From an uncultured Chloroflexota bacterium (GTDB taxonomy: Bacteria > Chloroflexota > Chloroflexia > Thermomicrobiales > UBA6265), in NCBI GenBank assembly GCA_937901745.1, contig CALGSZ010000105.1:122028-186027 (forward strand): a stretch of DNA of 64,000 nucleotides, read 5' to 3'. Position 1 is the first letter of the stretch, and every line of letters starts with the position of its first letter. The translations under genes were made by a program, and so were the position numbers. The notes beneath the pieces are model-generated. The model ran no database searches, was not told the DNA's origin, and saw only the letters and a list, made by a program, of their open reading frames with translations. Shown piece after piece: positions 29,438 through 38,423 of the stretch.

Positions 29438-30541
29438 TCACGCTCCCGGTGTCGCGGCTGGCGTCGCCTCCGCCGCGATTGGCGTGGCCAGCGGCGGCAG
29501 GTTCTGGCTGAAGGTCTCGAACTCTTCATCTGTCGTCGGGACCACCAGCGCCCCATCGAGAATCATCTGCTTGTAGGCGCGGACGTAGCCCTTGATCTCC
29601 TCGGGGACGCGGTCGTTCGGATCCTGGAAGTCGACGCCGCTTTCCTTCAGCCCGAGATCGTGAATGCCTCCCTCGAAGGTGCCCTCGGCGAGCTGCCGGC
29701 ACCCTTCGTAGACGGCCACATCCACGCCCTTGCGAGCGACGCACAGCTCGAAGCCTGGCGCGAGGTGATCCTGCGTCACGTCGGCGCCGATCACCCACTC
29801 CTCGCCGAGCCGGTTCCGCTCCTTGACCGCCTCATAGCAACCGACGCCGGTGAGACCGGCAATCGGGAGCACGATATCGGCGCCCTGGTTGAACTGGGCG
29901 ACCGCCAACTCCTTGCCCTTCGCCGGATCGGTGAACGAGTCCGCGTAGGCGATGGAGAAATTGGCGTCCGGCCGCACGGCGAGGACACCGGCCTTGAAGC
30001 CGACCTCGTACCGGATGACCGGCGGGATGCGCATGCCGCCGACGATGCCGATCGTGCCGGTCTTGGTAAACATACCGGCCGCAACGCCGACGAGGAACGC
30101 CGATTCTTGCTCCCGGAACGTGACCGATTGGACGTTCGGCTGGTCAACGACCGAGTCGATGAGCAGGAACCAGTCATCGGGGAACTGCGGCGCGACTTCC
30201 GCGAGTGCGTCGGTGAGCAAGGCGCCAACGGCGACCGTCAGATCTCCCTGCTCGGCGCCGGCAACGAGATTCGGCACGTACGCGGAGGCATCCTGCGACT
30301 CGACCACCCTCCAGGTGATCCCGAAATCGCGCGCGGCGTCGGTGCCGCCGTTGTTCGCCAGGTCGTTGAAGTTCTGGTCGCCAAGACCCACCGTGTCGGT
30401 GACCATCGTGCAGACGAGTGAGTCCTGCGCCATCGCGATCCGCCCGCCTACCGGCATGGCGGCAGCCAGCGGCGCGAGCGCGGCGAGCGCACTAAACCGG
30501 CGTCGAGAGAGTCGCAATTGACCAGCAGGCACGATAGTCAT
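29438..30541 (-). CDS. BMP-family (Med/PnrA-like) ABC substrate-binding protein, Tat-type signal
   Basis: 367-aa ORF. SRRRFSALAALA twin-arginine leader. GLGDQNFND and VGLVVG-type blocks are typical of BMP lipoprotein-family binders. AAGGAG lies upstream. Confidence 0.8.
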   Translation of the reverse strand: MTIVPAGQLRLSRRRFSALAALAPLAAAMPVGGRIAMAQDSLVCTMVTDTVGLGDQNFNDLANNGGTDAARDFGITWRVVESQDASAYVPNLVAGAEQGDLTVAVGALLTDALAEVAPQFPDDWFLLIDSVVDQPNVQSVTFREQESAFLVGVAAGMFTKTGTIGIVGGMRIPPVIRYEVGFKAGVLAVRPDANFSIAYADSFTDPAKGKELAVAQFNQGADIVLPIAGLTGVGCYEAVKERNRLGEEWVIGADVTQDHLAPGFELCVARKGVDVAVYEGCRQLAEGTFEGGIHDLGLKESGVDFQDPNDRVPEEIKGYVRAYKQMILDGALVVPTTDEEFETFSQNLPPLATPIAAEATPAATPGA

Positions 30542-30677
30542 GCTTGTTGCGCTCCTTCACGAAATTGTCGACCGCGGCCGTCATCGGCGCGGACCGGTCC
30601 CCACCCCAATGAGCTAACCGGATGGTACCAGAGGACGAATCTCTCGGTCCCGCGGGAGCGAGACGAATGCCACACAC

Positions 30678-31187
30678 TCAGCGTTCCAGCGACTCCGCCC
30701 GCGTCCAGTCGCCGCTGCGCCCGCCGGATTTCTCCTCTAGCTGGATCGCCTCGATCGTCATCCCCCGGTCCACGGCCTTCACCATGTCGTAGATCGTCAG
30801 CGCGGCGGCGCTGACAGCAGTCAACGCTTCCATCTCAACGCCCGTCTTTCCGTGCGTTTCGACACGCGCCCGGATCGAGACCGCCGCCTCCTCGATCTCG
30901 AAGCTGACCTCGATCCGCGTCAGCAGGAGCGGATGGCACATCGGGATGATCTCGTGCGTCCGCTTCGCGGCCATGATCGCCGCCACCTGCGCCACGCCGA
31001 GGACATCCCCCTTCGCCGCCCGCCCCTCGCGGATCAGCGTCGCCGTCTCCGGCCGCATCGCCACCCGGCCGGAGGCCACCGCTACCCGGTGCGTGGCCGG
31101 CTTGTCGCCGACATCAACCATTCGCGCTCGCCCCGACTCGTCGAAATGCGTCAGGCGCGGCGCTCCACTTCCCTGATCCTCACTCAT
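30678..31187 (-). CDS. moaC: Cyclic pyranopterin monophosphate synthase accessory protein MoaC
   Basis: Motifs LTHFD...MVDVGDKP and [11 protein letters not shown]. The MSEDQGS Met codon at 31187 is preferred over the track start at 31289. Confidence 0.9.
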   Translation of the reverse strand: MSEDQGSGAPRLTHFDESGRARMVDVGDKPATHRVAVASGRVAMRPETATLIREGRAAKGDVLGVAQVAAIMAAKRTHEIIPMCHPLLLTRIEVSFEIEEAAVSIRARVETHGKTGVEMEALTAVSAAALTIYDMVKAVDRGMTIEAIQLEEKSGGRSGDWTRAESLER

Positions 31188-31504
31188 GCCACTTCCTCGC
31201 TTGCCGTATCGTCGCGCGCTGGCCTCACGTTTCGCGGTAATTGGCAGACAATCGCGTGTGCGCGACGGCGAATCGTCCTTCGCAATCATCGGTCGCGCGC
31301 GAGGCCCCCCTCCCCGGCGAACGATATCGGACGATCGCCGAGAGGGACGGGGCCATTATCGTCTCAGCGACCGCGCGTCGCCCTGTTCACCTTCCTCCCA
31401 ATTCACGCGCGGCGCGCTCCCCCCTTCCCTGATCCCGCGTCTCCGGCGATACTGCCGCCGTAATCCACGGCCTCAATGGTTGAGCGGGGAAAAGGAGGGA
31501 GTGC

Positions 31505-32317
31505 GTGCCTATCGCAACCGTTGGTGATCTCGATGTCGCCTACGACGTTTTCGGCGAGGGCGAGCCGGTCCTGATGATCAACGGGATCGGCGCCGAGCGG
31601 GGAGCCTGGAGTCTCCAGACGCCGGCCCTCAGCCGAGAGTTCCAAGTCATCACCTATGACAACCGGGATGTCGGAGAGACTGGCCCCGGCCGCAACCCGC
31701 GGCCATACAGCATGCGCCAGTTCGCCGAGGACGCCGCCGGCCTCCTCGACGTGCTCGGCATCTCGTCTGCTCATATCGTCGGCGCCTCGATGGGCGGCGC
31801 CATCGCTCAGGAGTTCGGCCTGGCCTATCCGGATCGCACCCGCAGCCTAACGATCATCTGCTCCTGGCCGAAGACCGATCCGTGGCTGGCCGAGCTGTGG
31901 GAGCTTTGGGAGCATCTTTTCGAGGCACACGGCGCGGTCGAGTGGTCGCGCACGACTTGGCTCTGGGTCTTCACCCATCGCTGGTACCAGAACCCGGACA
32001 ATCTCCGGAACCTGCTCGCCGACACGCAAGCGAACCCGCGACTGCAAACGCTCGACATGTACCGGCGCCAATCCCACGCGGCGAAGACGCACGACGCGCT
32101 CGACCGCCTGCCGCGCATCACCGCGCCGACCCACGTGATCTGCGGCGCGGAGGACATCTTCACGCCGCTCCGCTACTCGCAGGCGATTGCGAACGCGATT
32201 CCCGGCGCCCGCCTCTCCGTCATGCCAAACGTCGGCCACGGCATGTTCTGGGAAGCGACCGACGCCTTCAACGAGCTGGTGCTCGACTTTCTGCGAGGAG
32301 CGAAGTCGGCCAGTTGA
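31505..32317 (+). CDS. Alpha/beta-fold hydrolase
   Basis: 270-aa ORF. Nucleophile elbow VGASMGG (GxSxG) and C-terminal GHGMFWE. GTG start follows AAAGGAGGGAG. Confidence 0.85.
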   Translation: MPIATVGDLDVAYDVFGEGEPVLMINGIGAERGAWSLQTPALSREFQVITYDNRDVGETGPGRNPRPYSMRQFAEDAAGLLDVLGISSAHIVGASMGGAIAQEFGLAYPDRTRSLTIICSWPKTDPWLAELWELWEHLFEAHGAVEWSRTTWLWVFTHRWYQNPDNLRNLLADTQANPRLQTLDMYRRQSHAAKTHDALDRLPRITAPTHVICGAEDIFTPLRYSQAIANAIPGARLSVMPNVGHGMFWEATDAFNELVLDFLRGAKSAS

Positions 32318-32546
32318 GCGATCGCCTGCAGCTGGAGGCCGAAAAGATAACGGGAGGGAGCGCGGATCGAGCAACTTCGGGACGTGGTAGCCGGGCACGT
32401 GAGCCGGTGATGGCCATTTGATGCCGGCAAACGCGGCGAACTTCGATCACCCGGAACGACGAGTGGAGTCTGTGCGCGACGCCGGCAGCGCCGGTGCGGC
32501 CGGCAAGCGCCAGTGAGATATCCGCTAGCGCGGAAAGGAGAATGCT

Positions 32547-33386
32547 GTGTCGGAGTCCGTTCAGAGCTTTCAGAACATCCCCAACCCGATCCTCGGGTCT
32601 ACCATCGTCTTCGCCCCGTACAACCTGGAGCAGGCGCTGACCGGGTTGGCGGAAGCCGGCTATCGCCGGTGTGAGATCGGTGCGGTCAAGGGCTGGTTCG
32701 AGCACATCGATCCCGACACCGTGACCGACAAGGAGATCGCCAATGCCCAGCAGCTGCTGAAGGATCTCGGCCTGGAGCCGGTCAGCCTCAGCGGGCATTC
32801 CCAGCTCCACACCAAGGAGGGCAAAGAGCGTTTCGGCCGCGCGCTCGAGATCGCCGCTGAGCTCGGAATGCGCATCGTCAACACCTTCACGGGCGATGCC
32901 GAGTCGGAAGAAGAGCGCGAGGCGTACTTCGCGAACGTGGCGGAGCTCTGTGACAAGGCCGCGAGCCTGGGCCTGACGATCGGGATGGAGACGGACAGCA
33001 ACATGCTGCCGACGGCGAAGATCGGCCTCGAGATCCTCGACCGGATCAACCGGCCGGACGTCCTCGGCTTCAACTACGACCCGGGCAACGTCGTCTACTA
33101 TGCCGGCGCCGACCCGATCGAAGACATCACCTACGCCCTGCCACGGATGGTCCACATGCACTTGAAGGACAAGGTCGGCGGGAAGGGCGTCTTCAACTTC
33201 CCGGTGCCGGGCACCGGAGAGCTCGACCTGCGCCGCCTCGTCCAGATTGCCGTGGAAGCCGGCTACACCGGCCCGATTAGCGCCGAGGTTGAGTTCGATG
33301 AGCGCGGCTGGCCGGATTACGACTCGTGCCGTGCGGCCGCGAAGCAATCCGTCGTGAATCTCCGCGCGATGGGCCTGCCCGTATAG
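32547..33386 (+). CDS. Xylose-isomerase-like TIM-barrel sugar phosphate isomerase/epimerase
   Basis: 279-aa ORF. Pattern MHLKD...ISAEVEF with GMETD metal-ligand context. GTG start is 6 nt after AAAGGAG. Confidence 0.75.
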   Translation: MSESVQSFQNIPNPILGSTIVFAPYNLEQALTGLAEAGYRRCEIGAVKGWFEHIDPDTVTDKEIANAQQLLKDLGLEPVSLSGHSQLHTKEGKERFGRALEIAAELGMRIVNTFTGDAESEEEREAYFANVAELCDKAASLGLTIGMETDSNMLPTAKIGLEILDRINRPDVLGFNYDPGNVVYYAGADPIEDITYALPRMVHMHLKDKVGGKGVFNFPVPGTGELDLRRLVQIAVEAGYTGPISAEVEFDERGWPDYDSCRAAAKQSVVNLRAMGLPV

Positions 33387-33755
33387 ACACGCCTGACCGG
33401 AGATTCAGGCCGGCACGGAGCGACTCGCAACGCTGGGTGTCTGCCGTCCGGCTTCGTCCACCTGAGCAGACGGGCGCGGATGATCCACCCGCGCCCAACT
33501 CCCCTATCCGCGGACGTCATCGGCGCTGAAAGGGAGCGCCCGGTGGCGTCCGCGTCTCACCTCCCCGCGCTGTCGCCTCCGGCGCGACCGACTGGCCACG
33601 GCTCGAATCTGGGCGCGAGCTTGCCACCGCGATCTCATGCGCTCATCCAAGGTGACCAGCCAATCGTAAGAGAGGTGCATGGGGCAAACGCGCTCCGTGA
33701 CCGGGGCACTCGGGCACCGGTCGCACGGGATTCACGCCAAAGGAGGGCGAAGAGC

Positions 33756-34601
33756 ATGCACACGAGCCGGCGATACGCGGCGCTGACCGCAGCGCTCGCG
33801 GTGATCATCGCGATGATGGGCATTGCGATCGGCACGGCGTCGCGGACGGCGCGCGCCCAAGGAGAAGAGGCGCACCCGGCACATATCCACTCTGGCACCT
33901 GCGCGACCCTCGGCGATGTCGTCGCTCCATTGAGCTCGATCGGGCCTGAAGGGCTCGTTGACGGCACGCCGTCCGCTGGCGAGACAGCCGGGCCGGAGAG
34001 CGCGATTCCGGTCGAGGTCAGCATCACCACCGTGCCGATGGCGCTGGCCGACATCATCAGCGGCGGTCACGCCATCAATGTCCATGAGAGCGCGGAGAAC
34101 ATCGGCAACTACATCGCCTGCGGCGACATCGGCGGCACACTGATCGGCACCAGCGACCTGGCGATCGGGCTCGCTGAGCTGAACGACTCCGGGCACCACG
34201 GCGTGGCCTGGCTGCACGACAACGGCGATGGCAACACGACCGTCTACGTCTTCCTCGAGGAAGAGTATGGTGAGGGAGACATGGGCGGTGGCGACATGGG
34301 CACGCCGGAGGACATGGGCGATCACGACATGGGTGATTCGGACAGCGCGGGAACCAACGAGGTAGCCGTGTCGATCGCGAACTTCGCCTATGATCCGTCG
34401 CCGCTCGAGATTTCGGTCGGCACGACGGTCACCTGGACGAACATGGACAGCGCGCCGCACACCGTCACCAGCTCCGGCAACTTCCAATCCGGACGCATGG
34501 ATCAGGGTGCGACGTTCCAGCACACCTTCGATACCGCTGGCACGTTCGACTACTTCTGCGAATTCCACTCGAATATGAAGGGACAGGTCATCGTTCAATG
34601 A
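33756..34601 (+). CDS. Secreted two-domain copper protein: N-terminal Cu,Zn-SOD/CHRD-like domain, Asp/Met/Gly linker, C-terminal plastocyanin/amicyanin-like cupredoxin
   Basis: ATG-33756 follows AAGGAGGG. Signal/anchor ends ...TARA/QGE. N-domain motifs HPAHIHSGTC and HAINVHES...YIACGDIGG. C-domain has T1-Cu ligands H (APHTV) and C-x2-H-x2-M (FCEFHSNM). Confidence 0.8.
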   Translation: MHTSRRYAALTAALAVIIAMMGIAIGTASRTARAQGEEAHPAHIHSGTCATLGDVVAPLSSIGPEGLVDGTPSAGETAGPESAIPVEVSITTVPMALADIISGGHAINVHESAENIGNYIACGDIGGTLIGTSDLAIGLAELNDSGHHGVAWLHDNGDGNTTVYVFLEEEYGEGDMGGGDMGTPEDMGDHDMGDSDSAGTNEVAVSIANFAYDPSPLEISVGTTVTWTNMDSAPHTVTSSGNFQSGRMDQGATFQHTFDTAGTFDYFCEFHSNMKGQVIVQ

Positions 34602-34621
34602 GTCCCTTCTAGGGAAGCGCG

Positions 34622-34663
34622 CGCCCGGGGAGATACCGTATAACGCCTCCCCCTCCCCGGGCG
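34622..34663. terminator. Hairpin between convergent genes
   Basis: 11-bp perfect stem CGCCCGGGGAG (34622-34632) / CTCCCCGGGCG (34653-34663). Confidence 0.5.
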
Positions 34664-34674
34664 TAGCGCTCGGT

Positions 34675-34695
34675 GGCGCAAGGGCTCCTTGCGCC
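34675..34695. terminator. Second hairpin between convergent genes
   Basis: 9-bp perfect stem GGCGCAAGG / CCTTGCGCC with a GCT loop, 6 nt from the stop at 34702 (-). Confidence 0.5.
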
Positions 34696-34701
34696 GAGCC
34701 A

Positions 34702-35160
34702 TCAGGCGTCGCTACGCTCGAAGCGGCCAGACTTATCCAGCGGACGCAATCGAAAGAAGATGAGCGGCGAACTCGCTTCCAGGCCGCGCGAGACCAATCC
34801 CGTCCCATTGAGCGAGATCGTGTGCGCGGCCCGCTGCCGCTCCACGTCGTCGGTTAGCTCCTCGTAGATCGCCTCGACGACGACACATCGCCAAGAGGTT
34901 GGGGCATCAATCTCATCCACTAAGAAGCTAACGAGCGGCTGCTCCCGCATGACGTCGATTTTCCGACCAGGACCACTGAAACCGTAGATGTATTTCCCGT
35001 CGTAGCCATAGTTGATCGGCACGACGTAAGGCCGATCGTTGGTCGAGACGGCAAGGCGGCCGATCTGGTTGCGTTGCAGCACCGCCTCGATCTCTTCCGG
35101 CCCGAGAAGACCAATCACGAAACCACCCTCATAATTCGGCAAGCCACCCTTCACGGTCAT
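34702..35160 (-). CDS. Pyridoxamine 5'-phosphate oxidase-family (FMN-binding split-barrel) protein
   Basis: 152-aa ORF. The pattern IGRLAVSTNDRPYVVPINYGYDGKYIYGFS is typical of the PNPOx-like family. Confidence 0.75.
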   Translation of the reverse strand: MTVKGGLPNYEGGFVIGLLGPEEIEAVLQRNQIGRLAVSTNDRPYVVPINYGYDGKYIYGFSGPGRKIDVMREQPLVSFLVDEIDAPTSWRCVVVEAIYEELTDDVERQRAAHTISLNGTGLVSRGLEASSPLIFFRLRPLDKSGRFERSDA

Positions 35161-35304
35161 GCCATCCGTGCCATGTGGCCATGACCTCTCATATGAGGCA
35201 ACGTCTCTATCTTCCGCTTCGCGGAGTCACGAGACGGTCGCACGTACCTGCTGCTTATTACAAATTCGTCACAGCCAAGAGCCGGCAGGGTCAGGAGCAA
35301 CGAG

Positions 35305-35337
35305 CCAGGGGAGGCGGGGCAGCCCCGCCACCCCTGG
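35305..35337 (-). terminator. Strong GC hairpin downstream of the NnrS-like operon
   Basis: CCAGGGG-A-GGCGGGG-CAG-CCCCGCC-A-CCCCTGG: 14 paired positions with a symmetric A/A mismatch. It begins 16 nt beyond the stop at 35353. Confidence 0.55.
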
Positions 35338-35352
35338 CGCCCACTCCCCCTC

Positions 35353-36588
35353 CTATGCGCTCCGAGGCGCCGGACGCGCCGGCGCCATGATGAGCTGCGC
35401 TCCTGGCCGTCCACTGAACGTACCGGCGACGATAACGGCAAAGAGCGCGAACCCTGCGGCAACCATCGCCTGCGCCGCCAGCAACCAGCCGGTCACATCG
35501 CTGCCAGAAGCGCGCTCGACAAGGGCATACACTCCCAGCGCCACTCCAACGCCAAGTAGCAGCACTTGCAAGCCGGCCAGGCGCGGCCAACGCAGCGGAC
35601 GCCCGGCGAAACGCGGGACGAGGTAATAGCCGACTCCGGAGATGAGGAATCCGGTCCAGCCGAAGAGGTTGAGCTCGGCATGGACTTGGCGCAGCCGGGC
35701 GCCCGTGGCGGGATCGATCGCGAAGATAGCGCCAAGCGCGATCCCGGCCGCGAGACACGCGGCGGCGACGAGGAATGTCGGACGCGACCAGCCAGGCAGC
35801 GCCACGATCTGCGGAGTGATCGTCGCCAAGAAGAGCGCGAGCGCCGCTGCCTGGAGCGGTCCGGCAATGAGGAAGAGTCCCTTCGAGCCGGTGGCGAGCG
35901 CGATGAGCATCACCGGCAGCCCGATGGCGACGACAATTAGGTGCAGACGAATCGGCGCCACCGACCGCCAGCGTCGCCCTGTCCAGCGGCTCAGCACGTG
36001 GTAGCAGACGCCGGACGCCATCGAGAGGAAGAAGCCGACGAGCATCGCGTGCGCCCAGACGATGTCCCAGCGAGCCGTCTCGACGAGATCAGCGGCGATC
36101 AGCAGGCCGATGCCAAGCCCGATCAAGAGATACAGCCCGGAAAGGCGCGTGAACCGGGTGGCGAGCCGGTCAATCGTCGCCTGCTCGGGGAACGGCTGCG
36201 GCGCGGAGTGACCGGTGGCTGGTAGGCGGAAGAGCCGGGCGATATTGACCATGAAGGTCACGCCGCCGGCCAGCGCCAGGACCGCTCCCGCGACCTCGAG
36301 CCAGCGCTCCGCCGCCATACGGCCGAAGAAAACGCCCCAAGCGCCAGCGATTCCCATCGCCACCTGCGCTCGCAGCCAATTGAGGCTCCGCCATTGGCGC
36401 CGCCCGAAAACCGGGATCACGCGGATATTGACCGCGTAGATCATCGGCGTCACGCCGCCGAGCACGGCGAGCGCCACTGCCGCCCGCCACCACGTCGGAT
36501 GCTCCGGCATGCGTCCGACAGTAAGAGCGGCGGCCGCGAAGGCAAGCAGCGAGGCGACCATCGTCGCCGGCACCAGGAGACGCCCCAT
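35353..36588 (-). CDS. NnrS-like polytopic membrane protein (about 12 TM)
   Basis: ATG-36588 lies 4 nt after the upstream stop. Repeated modules WAHAMLVGFFLSMASGVCYHVLSRWTGRRW and VHAELNLFGWTGFLISGVGYYLVPRFAGRPL resemble the H-x-H/E...FG...G...P...GR pattern of NnrS proteins. The family call is tentative. Confidence 0.65.
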   Translation of the reverse strand: MGRLLVPATMVASLLAFAAAALTVGRMPEHPTWWRAAVALAVLGGVTPMIYAVNIRVIPVFGRRQWRSLNWLRAQVAMGIAGAWGVFFGRMAAERWLEVAGAVLALAGGVTFMVNIARLFRLPATGHSAPQPFPEQATIDRLATRFTRLSGLYLLIGLGIGLLIAADLVETARWDIVWAHAMLVGFFLSMASGVCYHVLSRWTGRRWRSVAPIRLHLIVVAIGLPVMLIALATGSKGLFLIAGPLQAAALALFLATITPQIVALPGWSRPTFLVAAACLAAGIALGAIFAIDPATGARLRQVHAELNLFGWTGFLISGVGYYLVPRFAGRPLRWPRLAGLQVLLLGVGVALGVYALVERASGSDVTGWLLAAQAMVAAGFALFAVIVAGTFSGRPGAQLIMAPARPAPRSA

Positions 36589-36592
36589 GACG

Positions 36593-36841
36593 CTACGCTC
36601 CGGCCGCGGACTCAATCGCCGCGAGGACCCGCGGAATCGCGGTCTCGCGATCCACGCCATGCAACTCGAGTGCCTCGCCAAGCCGGTGCGCTCCGCCGCA
36701 GCAGAGATCGATACCGTACGGCGCGAGCGCCTCCAGTGTCGCCGGATACCGTTCGACCAGCTCCCGAATCGTCAGATCGGCGACCGTCTCGGCGGTGATA
36801 GTCGGCGCCTCACCAGCCTGATGCATGCGTCGCAATGCCAT
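36593..36841 (-). CDS. Stand-alone ScdA_N/DUF542-like domain protein (CCGG motif)
   Basis: 82 aa from ATG-36841 (GAGGA upstream; 7 nt after the upstream stop). GIDLCCGGAHRLGEA matches the D-x-CCGG signature of the N-terminal domain of ScdA/YtfE di-iron repair proteins. No hemerythrin domain is present. Confidence 0.65.
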   Translation of the reverse strand: MALRRMHQAGEAPTITAETVADLTIRELVERYPATLEALAPYGIDLCCGGAHRLGEALELHGVDRETAIPRVLAAIESAAGA

Positions 36842-36848
36842 GATGTCC

Positions 36849-37361
36849 TCACATCCTTTCTGCGGCTGGCGGGGCGGCTGGCTCCCGCTCCGCTGCACGC
36901 CGAACCGGCCGGGGCGCGACGCGCGGCCACAACTGCCCGACCACGATTGCCAAAGCGAGCGCCTGCAGCGCTCCCGAACCGACGAGTGTCAGCGACGTCC
37001 AATCCGCGGCATGCCCGGAGCGCTCGACCGGCTCTGCCGCGACACGCGCCAGCAAGCCGAGATTCAGTGCGGCCATCGCGATGAAAGCGGGGCGCTCGCG
37101 ATACCCGAGCGGCAGGGCCGGGCTCCTCCGGCGGGGCAAGAGCCAGTAGGCAACACCGACCGCGAACTGGACGAACCAGCCGACGAAGAGCATGTGCCCG
37201 TGCGTCGGCGCGAGCCAGACGCGCCACGCTCCGGGAATATAGGGATCGGCCATCATTCCCGCGCCCGCCATCGCGCCCGCGAGCAGCCAGATCATCGATG
37301 CTCGCAGCATCCACGCGCTCAGGCGATCCACGTAACCTTCACACGACGCACGAGCAAGCAA
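36849..37361 (-). CDS. Small NnrS-like membrane protein (single module)
   Basis: 170-aa hydrophobic ORF. THGHMLFVGWFVQFAVGVAYWLLPRR repeats the module seen in the 411-aa protein. Start is uncertain (the Met codon at 37361 or the one at 37310). Confidence 0.6.
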   Translation of the reverse strand: MLARASCEGYVDRLSAWMLRASMIWLLAGAMAGAGMMADPYIPGAWRVWLAPTHGHMLFVGWFVQFAVGVAYWLLPRRRSPALPLGYRERPAFIAMAALNLGLLARVAAEPVERSGHAADWTSLTLVGSGALQALALAIVVGQLWPRVAPRPVRRAAEREPAAPPAAERM

Positions 37362-37481
37362 GCAATCGTGCCAGAGGCAATGCTCCGGCTAGCTCTCCAT
37401 CGTCGGCGAACGCGGGATGCAAAGCCGTCACATTTCGCGGCCGGGACGTTACAAAAACGTTGCAAATCGCGGCCGACCGGA

Positions 37482-38423
37482 TCACCAGATCCGATCGAGC
37501 CGCTGCTCCAATTCCACCCCCACTTCTGCGAGCGGGCTCTGCGCGAGCCAGCTGCTGAGGGCGGTCATCTGCCCGGTGAGCAGCAGCACGCCGAGGCCGA
37601 TTAGCAACACGCCACTGACCACCGACGTCGAGTGGGCAAAGGCGTGCACCCGGCCCAGACGAAACTCCCATGCTCGCCCGCGCAGGAGTTGGGCCAGCCG
37701 CCCGCGCGCCTCACCCCGTAGCAGGAGAGAAACGAAGATCAGGATCGGCAACCCGAGTCCAAGGACGTAAACGACGGCGAGCAAGCCGCCAGCCAGCAGC
37801 GAGAGCACTCCCGCGGTCGTCGAGCCCTCTGTGAGCAGGAGCGTCAACACCGATCCGAGAATCGGTCCGACGCAGGTCGTCCACCCCAGCGCGAAGATCA
37901 GGCCGTAGACGTATGCGCCGCCAGCGGTGAATCCGGGCCGGCGAAAGACTCGGAGCCCGGCAAACCCCTTGCCCATCAGGCTCATCACGCCGAAGACGAT
38001 CACGACGATGCCGCCGAACGTGGTGAGGAGCTCTTGGTGATCGAGCACCAGCGAGCCGAGCGTCGTGAACCCCGCGCCGAGCACCGCCATGGTCGTTGCT
38101 ACGCCGGTCAGGAACGCCACGGTCACCACCCCGATCCGCTCCCGGCGCTCTTGTAACGCGACCGAGAAGTAGCCGATCAAGATCGGCAAGGAGCAGGGCG
38201 ACAGCACCGAGAGGATGCCGGCCAGGAACGCCGGCAGCGCCAGAGTCAGCACATCACCGGCCAGCTCCGGCGCGTCTAAGGCGACGCTGAGCAGCGAGAC
38301 GGAGATCAGCAAGACGACTAGCAGCGCCAGGGTGATCGCGAACGAGCGTGCCGCGAGCCGCCACTCTCCTCCTTGGCGATTCGCTCCCAGCGCTGGAGCA
38401 GTGGGCTGGGCTGATGCGCTCAT
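37482..38423 (-). CDS. ccdA: Cytochrome c biogenesis thiol-reductant transporter CcdA (DsbD family)
   Basis: 313-aa multi-TM ORF with the two conserved Cys contexts LSPCSLPIL and TTCVGPILG. It has a 4-nt ATGA overlap with tlpA. Confidence 0.85.
   Translation of the reverse strand: MSASAQPTAPALGANRQGGEWRLAARSFAITLALLVVLLISVSLLSVALDAPELAGDVLTLALPAFLAGILSVLSPCSLPILIGYFSVALQERRERIGVVTVAFLTGVATTMAVLGAGFTTLGSLVLDHQELLTTFGGIVVIVFGVMSLMGKGFAGLRVFRRPGFTAGGAYVYGLIFALGWTTCVGPILGSVLTLLLTEGSTTAGVLSLLAGGLLAVVYVLGLGLPILIFVSLLLRGEARGRLAQLLRGRAWEFRLGRVHAFAHSTSVVSGVLLIGLGVLLLTGQMTALSSWLAQSPLAEVGVELEQRLDRIW

Noticed and set aside
27281-30421. 1046-aa plus-strand ORF, the longest in the track
   Set aside because: It is entirely antisense to four well-supported minus-strand genes (ABC permease, ATPase, BMP binding protein). 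The translation is Arg/Asp/Ala/Glu-rich with no motifs. This is the typical shadow ORF of high-GC DNA.
32268-33347. 359-aa minus-strand ORF
   Set aside because: It is antisense to the TIM-barrel isomerase gene and part of the hydrolase gene, and has no motifs.
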